A DNA stretch of 64,000 nucleotides from a virus (lineage: Duplodnaviria; Caudoviricetes), in the IMG/VR virus record IMGVR_UViG_2791355164_000001, positions 1 to 64,000 of that record; one strand, 5' to 3'. Positions 56,385 to 64,000 of the stretch are shown piece after piece. The position numbers and the translations under genes are program-made. Below the pieces are notes generated by a model, which made no database searches, was not told the origin of the DNA, and saw only the letters and a program-made list of their open reading frames with translations. How positions within the stretch are numbered: position 1 is the first letter of the stretch; every line of letters begins with the position of its first letter.

Positions 56385-57416
56385 TCACTCTCCGTCCAGT
56401 ATTCCCGACATTTTCCCTTTCTGACTTTCAGAGCGACGGAGGTATCGCATGACGGTTTTCGGGTCTTGCCAGGTACCTTCCTGCATGATCTGCGTGATGG
56501 TCGCGTCGCGCTCCGCCATGTCCATCGCCGCGCCCACGCGCGCGCTGTGGCCGGACCATTTTGTGTAGCGCCCTTTATTATCTTTTACCGGCTCTTTCCC
56601 CAGCAGATCCCAGGCGTCTTTGAAAATCTTCTCCGTGGCCGGGGCGCTCATGGGCTTTTCCGACACGCCGGCCGTATTGTTGTGGCGGACGGGGCCGAAT
56701 ATCACGGCATCAGGGCAGTTAATCAGCCCGGACACGTCCAGCCAGCGCAGCAGGTGGCCAGCAGCAGATTTGCTCAGGTGCTTTATCACGCCGGCGGCAG
56801 TCACCATCGTTTTGGTGTGGGTCAGGTTAACAATTACATGCCCACTTACGTCGATATCCAGATCGCGCACCCGGATGCGGCTCAGTTCAGACATACGGCA
56901 CAGGGTGTTATAGGCCAGATACAGGAACGCCAGATTGCGCATATCGGTGAGTTTGTCAGACCGGCTCATGAGGTGCGACAGCAGCTGCAGATCCGAAAGC
57001 CGGAACGGTATGGCCTGCCCGGTGCGCTCGCCGCCCACCACGGCCTCGCGCTTGATGCGCTTCATGGCGCGCTGCACGTCCACATTCAGCAGCAGCTGCG
57101 GCAGGCCGCACTGCTTGCAAAGCATGTTCATCATGGCGTAGTGCTTTTCGATCGTGCTCGATGCAAGCCCGCTTTCCGCCATAGACAGAAAGTAAATGCG
57201 GGCCAGCTCCGGATCGATTGGCAGATATGACAGGCCGCGCGCGTTGCACCACGTCGCCCAGCGGCGGATCACCGAAAGCAGGTCGCGGAATGTATTCTCA
57301 GAATACGCGGCTTTGTCGGCAATAAAGCGGCGCAGGTTATTAGCAACGTCCTGCGGCGTTAATACGGTTAATTCCGCCGGAATAACACTGCTTTTAATTT
57401 CCGCTAAATGTTTCAT
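56385..57416 (-). CDS. cre: Cre/Dre-family tyrosine recombinase
   Basis: 343 aa; CRMSEL, TKT, GHSARVGAA, GTW and VMRY catalytic set. Confidence 0.92.
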   Translation of the reverse strand: MKHLAEIKSSVIPAELTVLTPQDVANNLRRFIADKAAYSENTFRDLLSVIRRWATWCNARGLSYLPIDPELARIYFLSMAESGLASSTIEKHYAMMNMLCKQCGLPQLLLNVDVQRAMKRIKREAVVGGERTGQAIPFRLSDLQLLSHLMSRSDKLTDMRNLAFLYLAYNTLCRMSELSRIRVRDLDIDVSGHVIVNLTHTKTMVTAAGVIKHLSKSAAGHLLRWLDVSGLINCPDAVIFGPVRHNNTAGVSEKPMSAPATEKIFKDAWDLLGKEPVKDNKGRYTKWSGHSARVGAAMDMAERDATITQIMQEGTWQDPKTVMRYLRRSESQKGKMSGILDGE

Positions 57417-57617
57417 CTATATATTTCCCTCAAAAACAGCATGACGTCGCTACGCAAAATCTATCAAAACAGCAGGGGTGGAGTTCGTCAGATTTCACGT
57501 AGCGACGCCAGGCGATTGTTCGTTGCCGCTTCGCTCAGAATCTGTACAAAATGCCACGATTTGCACCAACTGATCATTTGATCATCCAACTACTGATCAA
57601 GCATACATGAAAGGCAC

Positions 57618-57651
57618 CAAACTTTATATAATGTTTATTATTTAAAGTTTC
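57618..57651. other. lox/rox-like recombination site
   Basis: C-AAACTTTATATAAT-GTTT-ATTATTTAAAGTTT-C: 14-bp arms with one mismatch, about 200 bp upstream of the recombinase. Confidence 0.85.
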
Positions 57652-57931
57652 CCATTCCGGCCAAAATCGCGCAATGTCTGGTCTGAGGGTAAACTAAATC
57701 GAAAATTTTTAGAAAAGCATGCGTTTTCTTCGTGATCGGCTGCATGCCTTCATATATGATCATTTGGCATTCAATTTTGATTGCGGCTGGTAACTGTTAT
57801 CATCTGAAACCTTTGGGCGTTACATCGCGGGCGATGTAGCAGTACCGGCACGAAACCCGAGCTTATTAAATGACGTGTACAGCAGATATATCCGACAGTT
57901 AAGGATTACGGACTATTCTTATTATTGCCAT

Positions 57932-57949
57932 TCTAAGGATTTGCAATTT
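57932..57949 (+). promoter_or_regulatory. Putative C1 operator at the c1 promoter
   Basis: TCTAAGGATTTGCAATTT. Confidence 0.55.
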
Positions 57950-58032
57950 TACATGCCTTCCTTTTCTGTCTATATTCGCGCTCATTAAGTCCAGAGAGAC
58001 TGTTGGCTCATTACATTTTTGGAATAACTATT

Positions 58033-59109
58033 ATGCCTAACTTCAGCGACCTAGAATTTGAAAAGCGCTACAAACAATTTCTGCAGGTTCAACATGACTG
58101 GCTGACTCTCATTACGGACAATAAATTCTTTTCTGACACTAACGCGGTGGGTGAAGAGTGCCGTCCGGCTGGCCTTCTTACCGATTCATCACAGTTTCAG
58201 CATGCCCAGCACCTGCTGGCTGAATGGCAGAGTTTTGCCGACCTGGCAGAAGAAAAGCGTAAAGAGCGCAGTATCGCCATTACCACAAACCTTTATCTGC
58301 CTGTTCCAGTACTGCTGATTAATCCTGCATACGTTCAGATTGACCGTTTTCGCGCTACAGCGACCGCTAATCATAAGCGTGAAGATATCCTGATGCGCTA
58401 TGAAAAGCAGATCGGCAAGCTTAAGAAGATTACCCACGCTTTCGGTGCAATCATGACGCTGGAAGATGAACGTAAGTACTTTGAGGCTGCACCGGTTGCT
58501 ACCGTGTTCCGCGCCCGTACCAGCACCTATACCGATATCCAGGTAAGCGTGCGTCATACAGCAGATCAGCAGGAAGTTGATAAGTTCCGCTACGGCGCGC
58601 ACGGTATGCTTATCATCGGTGACGACCTCGCGCTGGGGCGTAATATCAAACTCAACGTGAGCGTATCAAACACCAAAAGCTCACTGTACGACTTCATCCA
58701 GCCTATTCCGTGCTCCGTTCTGCCGTCCGCGCAGGTCTACACCCTTGAGGACGTGGAGCTGGGTAAAAAGATGGTTTCGCAGCGGGCGTCTGTTGCCTAT
58801 GCCGTTAAACAGCGTCGCTATCAGTTTGATAAGCGCGCGAAGGAAAAGATGGCGCGGGCAAAAGGTCCTGAAGAGGCGCGTGCTATCAGCCAGGAAATTG
58901 AAACCGGACGCGAAGTGCTGGAACTTATGGACGCACACGACTTTGAACTGCTCGACCGGAAGCTGGCCGCAGGGGATGAATCGCAGCTTACCATGCTGCA
59001 GATCCGCGAACGCTACGGCAATGAATCCGACCGCACCGGGAAAAATATCCGCAACATGCCGGAATTTCTCGCAAAACTGATTGCTAAAGAAGAGAAGAAG
59101 GGCAATTAA
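58033..59109 (+). CDS. c1: C1-like master repressor
   Basis: KSSLYDFIQPIPC..LPSAQVYTLEDVE resembles the P1 C1 C-terminal block; convergent with pacB as in P1. Confidence 0.75.
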   Translation: MPNFSDLEFEKRYKQFLQVQHDWLTLITDNKFFSDTNAVGEECRPAGLLTDSSQFQHAQHLLAEWQSFADLAEEKRKERSIAITTNLYLPVPVLLINPAYVQIDRFRATATANHKREDILMRYEKQIGKLKKITHAFGAIMTLEDERKYFEAAPVATVFRARTSTYTDIQVSVRHTADQQEVDKFRYGAHGMLIIGDDLALGRNIKLNVSVSNTKSSLYDFIQPIPCSVLPSAQVYTLEDVELGKKMVSQRASVAYAVKQRRYQFDKRAKEKMARAKGPEEARAISQEIETGREVLELMDAHDFELLDRKLAAGDESQLTMLQIRERYGNESDRTGKNIRNMPEFLAKLIAKEEKKGN

Positions 59110-59129
59110 TAAGCGGTAACGGGTAACAG

Positions 59130-59154
59130 AAAGGGCGCACAAGCGCCCTTTTTT
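59130..59154. terminator. Terminator between c1 and pacB
   Basis: AAAGGGCGC-ACAA-GCGCCCTTTTTT. Confidence 0.75.
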
Positions 59155-59170
59155 ATTGCCTGGCTGGTGG

Positions 59171-60682
59171 TCACGCCAGCAGCGCGTCCAGTTCCTCCAG
59201 CTCTTTGAGTTTGCTCTCCGCGAAATCTGCCATGCCTTCGTCAATCTCTGCCTCTGCCGGACGATAACCAATCAGGAAGATAAAGCAGTATGTGTCCCAG
59301 CGGTCAGGCGACTTGATGTTGAGTTTCTGTCGCATCTGAGGCTTCGGCACCATCATGATCCTCCCCATTTCATCCATGTAATACGGTATCTTTGATCCCT
59401 GCTCCGCCGTGTGCTGAGAGGCGTCTATACGCATCCTGCCGGAGCGGACAGCATCAGCGGCCATGATGTTCGCCCAGGCGCGCTGGTTCTTGAAGCGCTC
59501 GCGCACCTTCTTACTGAACGGCGGTTGCCCCCAGCGGATATTGACCGCATTCACGCCCCGGCGCTCCAGCTGCTTCAGCGTGGCAGAGCCCACGCCGTCA
59601 CCATCGACGGCAATCGTGATCCCCGGATAGCGCTCCTGCGTACACTCGTTAGCGACGAAGTCACCGAAAGATATTGGGTCCATCGTGCCAGGCATTTCCA
59701 CCAGCTTAAACGACACCACGCGCCGCGCATCACCATGCCCAGACACCCTGCAGATATTGAGTATCGACTTATCGCGCCCATTACCGACGTCAGCGGTAGC
59801 CACCCAGCCCCAGCCTTTCTCCAGGTATACTTTGCGCCGTGCGGCGCGATCGCACTCGTCACGCCCCAGCAGATAGCCGCTGATGTTGCGCGGGAAGCGC
59901 CCCAGCACCTTCACCATGTACTCCAGAGAGTCACGCCCGCCGTACTCCAGCAGCTTTTCCCTGATGAACTTCAGGGTAACGTGCGGCGCCTCTTCAGAAT
60001 TGAGGACAATGGCATTCCAGATCCCGTCCGGGTTATCGGGGTTACGGGCTAATGAGTGGTGCGAGTCATAGAAATAGCCGCTTGGCCGCGTGGGCTGCGA
60101 CATCATCAGCATGCGGTTATCGGTCTCTGTCAGCGCACCACGCATGATAGCTATCGCTTTATCAGAAATACCTGACGCTTCATCGAGGATCAGCAGGATA
60201 TGCGCGGCGTGCTCGCCGGCCAGCGCTTCTTCGTTACCCAGGCGGAAGCCCTTACAGAGCACTTCCCATATCCCCTTACGCGACTTCTCATAAAACATGG
60301 TGTCCGTCAGGGTGAAGTAGTTCTGCAGCCAGGGGTGACGTTTAGCGGCGTTAGCCCAGTAAGTTTTGACGTATTTGAATACGCCCGTTTTAACCTGCCC
60401 GATTTTGTTGGCCACGATGATTACGCGCGCATCCGGGAACATGATCATGTAAATCAGCAGCATCATAGCCGTCAGGGATGATTTGCCGGTACCGTGGCCG
60501 GACGTTACCGTAGTCTGGCTTCCGGTCTCCTGTACGGAGTTAAGTATCTCTTCCTGCTGCCAGGTGGGGATAAGGCCAAATAGCTCGACTACTGCCGTCG
60601 CCCAGTCATAGCGATAGCGGATCACCATGTCGCGCCAGCGCGGGTCGGTGGTGACGCTCCTGATGCGTTTTTTGCCGCTCAT
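59171..60682 (-). CDS. pacB: Terminase large subunit PacB
   Basis: SGHGTGKS Walker A, LILDEA Walker B, ADVG and SPDRWD nuclease motifs. Confidence 0.93.
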   Translation of the reverse strand: MSGKKRIRSVTTDPRWRDMVIRYRYDWATAVVELFGLIPTWQQEEILNSVQETGSQTTVTSGHGTGKSSLTAMMLLIYMIMFPDARVIIVANKIGQVKTGVFKYVKTYWANAAKRHPWLQNYFTLTDTMFYEKSRKGIWEVLCKGFRLGNEEALAGEHAAHILLILDEASGISDKAIAIMRGALTETDNRMLMMSQPTRPSGYFYDSHHSLARNPDNPDGIWNAIVLNSEEAPHVTLKFIREKLLEYGGRDSLEYMVKVLGRFPRNISGYLLGRDECDRAARRKVYLEKGWGWVATADVGNGRDKSILNICRVSGHGDARRVVSFKLVEMPGTMDPISFGDFVANECTQERYPGITIAVDGDGVGSATLKQLERRGVNAVNIRWGQPPFSKKVRERFKNQRAWANIMAADAVRSGRMRIDASQHTAEQGSKIPYYMDEMGRIMMVPKPQMRQKLNIKSPDRWDTYCFIFLIGYRPAEAEIDEGMADFAESKLKELEELDALLA

Positions 60683-61992
60683 TCTGCGCCATCCTTGTCT
60701 TTCATAACGGATAGCGCATCGGTCATAACGGATTCATCGTCGGACATAACGGATATCTCCGGCGGGATATCGTCGTCGTACAGGTCAGCAGTAGCCGCAT
60801 AGTCAAAATTGCCGCTCAGATTGGCCTCGCCTGCGGTTTCGCCGGCGCGCAGCTCTCCGTCTGCCTGGACGTCACCAAACCCGCCTTTGTCCACCAGCGC
60901 GGCAACTTCAGCGCGACGTGTCTCAACAAAGGCAGCGGACGCGGCCTGCTGCCGGCGATACTCCTGCGCCTCCAGTTCCAGCTCCGCCTCGCTGACCTGG
61001 CCGCTTTCATCTACCGGCGGTTCAGCGTTCTTAAGCTCGTTTTCGAGACGTCTGGACAGAGACTCAGGCAGTTTGATGCCGTGGCGCTCGATGTACTCTG
61101 CCGTCTGCAGCAGATCCCAGTCCTCCGCCTCTCGCAGCTGGTATGCGCGGCTGATAACCTCGCCGGCGTTATGCGTCAGCGCATGCTTCTCATTGTCGCG
61201 CCGGTTCTTATCGGTACTGCCGGCGATTGCCGCTACCCGGGTAGCGTGGTCATTGACCAGATAGCCGACCTCGATCATCAGCTTGGTCATTTTCAGGATA
61301 GGGTGTGGTCCGCCGCCGTCGTCCTCCTCCCCCTTCTTTTTGCCGCTGGCCATGTTGTCGGCCTCAAGCTCAAACAGCTCTACCGCACGCGCCGTGGTGC
61401 GCTTGAGCATGTCCATGTGCGCCAGAGAGTCAAACAGCGCCGTCATGGCGCTGGCTTCCAGCCCCTCGCCCAGCACCTCTAACGCCGCTTCATAATCCTG
61501 TGGCCGCGGGTAGGCACGCCGGTTGGCGACCAGCTTAGTTTCATGGCCTTCCTCAAAGGGTTTACCCTCGCCGCGGGGCTTTGCGGTGTGCTTCGGGCGC
61601 CCGTCACTTTGATCACCGTCATTTATGATCTTTTTGGCATGTGAAGCATTGGGCTTTTTCTTCCCGCCAGGCTGCGGCGCTGCGTCAGCGCGTGGTTCCA
61701 GCACCCCCTCTAAAGCCGCGCTGTGCCTGAGTTTGCGCCCGTTCCGGCGTATGGTGAGGTCGTCTTTTCTGGTGTGATCATTTTGATGATCAGAAGCGTG
61801 ATCACCCGAATGATCATGATTGTGATCACCACTTTGATCACCCATCGCGGCCAGCGCTTTACCGTTCAGCTCCCGACGGGCCGTGTTGAATGGCAGGTCA
61901 TAGTACTCGCAGTACTCTTTGACGGTTATTCCGCTCTCGGCCTTCTGCTCAATGAAAGCCCTTCTGTGTTCATCCCAGTTAACTTTGGACAT
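60679..61992 (-). CDS. pacA: Terminase small subunit PacA
   Basis: N-terminal HTH and DH repeats encoded by pac hexamers; coupled to pacB. Confidence 0.85.
   Translation of the reverse strand: MSKVNWDEHRRAFIEQKAESGITVKEYCEYYDLPFNTARRELNGKALAAMGDQSGDHNHDHSGDHASDHQNDHTRKDDLTIRRNGRKLRHSAALEGVLEPRADAAPQPGGKKKPNASHAKKIINDGDQSDGRPKHTAKPRGEGKPFEEGHETKLVANRRAYPRPQDYEAALEVLGEGLEASAMTALFDSLAHMDMLKRTTARAVELFELEADNMASGKKKGEEDDGGGPHPILKMTKLMIEVGYLVNDHATRVAAIAGSTDKNRRDNEKHALTHNAGEVISRAYQLREAEDWDLLQTAEYIERHGIKLPESLSRRLENELKNAEPPVDESGQVSEAELELEAQEYRRQQAASAAFVETRRAEVAALVDKGGFGDVQADGELRAGETAGEANLSGNFDYAATADLYDDDIPPEISVMSDDESVMTDALSVMKDKDGAE
61775..61840. repeat. pac site: six TGATCA hexamers at 12-bp period
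   Basis: TGATCA at 61775, 61787, 61799, 61811, 61823 and 61835 inside the 5' part of pacA. Confidence 0.8.
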
Positions 61993-62025
61993 GGTTTATC
62001 GTTCAAATGAGGCCAATAAACCAGG

Positions 62026-62046
62026 ATGGTAAGGAGTCTGTAATTT
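62026..62046 (-). promoter_or_regulatory. Late promoter motif (pacAB)
   Basis: Minus strand AAATTACAGACTCCTTACCAT. Confidence 0.7.
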
Positions 62047-62198
62047 GCAGTGATCACAATAATGATCACTTAGTCAGCAAACAGTTTTGGTTGTGCCTTT
62101 TTTCGAGCACAAGCGCGCTTTTTTAAGTGTACAAGTGTGCTCTGTGTGATAAATTCAGTCCCGGACTTTCAATATGAAATTAACCATTGGACAAATAA

Positions 62199-63326
62199 AT
62201 GACTAAGAACAAAGCAGTTTTAGTAGCAGTGGATGCAGGCTCCGGTAACATTGCTCTGTCGTTCCTTGACGAAGCAACCGGCAAGATTAAAACCTCTGTG
62301 ACCCCGGCGCTTGTGCATGAAGGCCACCAGCAGACGCTCGCTACTGAGTCACAATCTTCATGGCATACAACAGATGCGCAGGGTAAAGAGCGCACGTACA
62401 CCGTCATGAATGCAGGCTATGACCTGTATGACACCTGTGACCCTGATTACCAGGTTTCCGCTGCTCACCGCGTTCTGGTTAATGATGCGCTGGTTCGTGC
62501 TGGTCTCGGTGGCCGTGACATTATCCTCGGTGAAACGCTCCCGGTAAGTCAGTTCTACAGCGCTGCAGGCAACATCAATGAAGCGCGCATCAAACAGAAA
62601 GCTGACAGTCTGAAAACGCGTGTTGAGAACATTAATGACAGCATCAAAGCTGCAAACATCATTCACGTAGAAATCTATCCAGAGGCTGTCCCTGCCATTC
62701 TTACCGCGCAGGCTGATCTGCCAGAGCTGGCAGACGCAGAAAAGACGCTGGTAATTGATTTAGGCCGCTTCACCTGTGATATCGCCCTGGTTGACTCTGA
62801 CCTGATGCCGATCCGCAGAAGTGGCTTTGAGCACGGCGTGCAGACGATGATTAAGCGTGTTCACACCCTGCTGATCGAGTTTGAAAAGACGCTGGATAAG
62901 TCGTTTAACGCCTCAGACCTGAGCTTGGACAGCGTTGATGCAATCATCCGTCAGGGCTATATCGGTTCCCGCCTGGAGAGAGCGAAAGATAAGCGCATCA
63001 ATGTTCTGCCTGTTATCGATCAGGCCGCAGCTGAACTCGCTGAAACCATCATGAAAGATGTTCGTGCGCTGCACCGTAATACCCACGACATTGACGTTGT
63101 GCTGGTTGTGGGCGGCGGTGCTAACTATATCGCCGGTAAACTGCCTGGCCTGACAGATCACACCGCTGACTGGCATGATGTGGTGGTTGTGCCAGATAAC
63201 CCAGAAATGGCTATCGTGCGCGGCGTTCATATGGCGCTGACGGCTGCAGAAGAAGAAATCCGCGACGAAATCAGCGAAGCCGCCACCGTGAGTGATATTC
63301 GCAGCAGGACTGGCGATAAGGCGTAA
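62199..63326 (+). CDS. parM: ParM/StbA actin-like partition ATPase
   Basis: VAVDAGSG, TLPVSQF, YPEA, IDLGRFTCD and VGGGA motifs. Confidence 0.88.
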   Translation: MTKNKAVLVAVDAGSGNIALSFLDEATGKIKTSVTPALVHEGHQQTLATESQSSWHTTDAQGKERTYTVMNAGYDLYDTCDPDYQVSAAHRVLVNDALVRAGLGGRDIILGETLPVSQFYSAAGNINEARIKQKADSLKTRVENINDSIKAANIIHVEIYPEAVPAILTAQADLPELADAEKTLVIDLGRFTCDIALVDSDLMPIRRSGFEHGVQTMIKRVHTLLIEFEKTLDKSFNASDLSLDSVDAIIRQGYIGSRLERAKDKRINVLPVIDQAAAELAETIMKDVRALHRNTHDIDVVLVVGGGANYIAGKLPGLTDHTADWHDVVVVPDNPEMAIVRGVHMALTAAEEEIRDEISEAATVSDIRSRTGDKA

Positions 63327-63328
63327 AT

Positions 63329-63874
63329 ATGGGAAAAATACTGCGAATTGCGAGCCTGGAAGAAAGCGGCATTCTTAATAGCCACTTCCAGAAGGAATAT
63401 GACAAGCTGCCGTCAAATGCTACCCGGCGCGCGTGTCTGCATTCGGTTGTGCGTTCAGGTCACGCTGCTGAATTGATGGGGCTTGCACCGATGATCGCCA
63501 TGCTGGAGGCGAACTTAGGCCAGAAGTTCTTAAAAATGTCTAAACAGGAGCGTCTGCAGCGACTGCTGACGTTAATCAGCGCTGTTACGGGTGAAGATGT
63601 TCCTGTTGTGGCCCCTGCGCCAGCGCCTGCAGCAGCAGCAGCTGAACCGGTAACGCCACCAGCTGAACCAGCCCCTGTGACGCGCGTTTCTTCTGTACAG
63701 GAAGTGCCACCAGCGGCTGAACAACCCGCTGAGCCTGTGCCAGAAGCCAGCGAACTCCCTGTTATTACACGGGACGAGGAAACGAACTCAACCGAAAGGC
63801 TGGATAATCCGCCTAAACAGGTTCCGTCATCGTTAACCAAAGCCCGCAGGCTGCACCGCAGCGGTCAGAAGTAA
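63329..63874 (+). CDS. Putative ParR-like adaptor
   Basis: Directly follows parM; helical N-terminus and Pro/Ala-rich disordered C-terminus. Confidence 0.6.
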   Translation: MGKILRIASLEESGILNSHFQKEYDKLPSNATRRACLHSVVRSGHAAELMGLAPMIAMLEANLGQKFLKMSKQERLQRLLTLISAVTGEDVPVVAPAPAPAAAAAEPVTPPAEPAPVTRVSSVQEVPPAAEQPAEPVPEASELPVITRDEETNSTERLDNPPKQVPSSLTKARRLHRSGQK

Positions 63875-63891
63875 GCAAATCAGCACCCCGT

Positions 63892-64000
63892 TCACATGAG
63901 CGGGGTGTTTTCCATCCTTCCCCGCATACATTTGTCCATCAGTTCCCTTGCCATCACGCATACAGAACGCTGCTCAATCTCTTTCGTCTGCCGGCGGTGT
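63892..64000 (-). CDS. 3' end of a gene entering from beyond the window
   Basis: Open frame ...RQTKEIEQRSVCVMARELMDK...PLM*. Confidence 0.3.
   Translation of the reverse strand, partial: HRRQTKEIEQRSVCVMARELMDKCMRGRMENTPLM

Noticed and set aside
1-64000. tRNA, C4 antisense RNA, IS elements
   Set aside because: None recognised by eye; tRNAscan-SE, Rfam and ISfinder searches would be needed to exclude them.

Overview
This window is about 64 kb of a P1/D6-like temperate phage-plasmid, a circular-prophage myovirus, probably from an enterobacterial host. A Pantoea/Erwinia-type host is only a guess. It contains: (1) P1-syntenic virion and lysis genes: darA (partial), hdf, lydAB, tail fibre U/S/R with no Cin invertase, baseplate, Sit tape measure, tube, sheath gp22, capsid gp23, spanins, PAAR, gp5/6/24/7/25/26. 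(2) A Dcm-Dam fusion (dmt), rdgC, ref, umuDC and a dUTPase. (3) An iteron replicon (DnaA boxes, GATCs, repA, downstream iteron field) and a ParM-type partition pair. (4) A Cre/Dre-like recombinase with a rox-like site, the C1 repressor, and pacAB with a pac site. Two recurring cis motifs can be read directly from the DNA: a late-promoter box and a C1-operator-like box. Accessory cargo: a colicin A-like toxin-immunity pair with no lysis gene, a CxxS thioredoxin-fold protein next to a Tat-signal hydrophobic peptide, an orphan MqsA zinc domain, a HExxH protein, a HEPN protein, an acyltransferase and a HicAB-like pair. Gene names come from recalled sequence similarity and synteny with P1, not from database searches.
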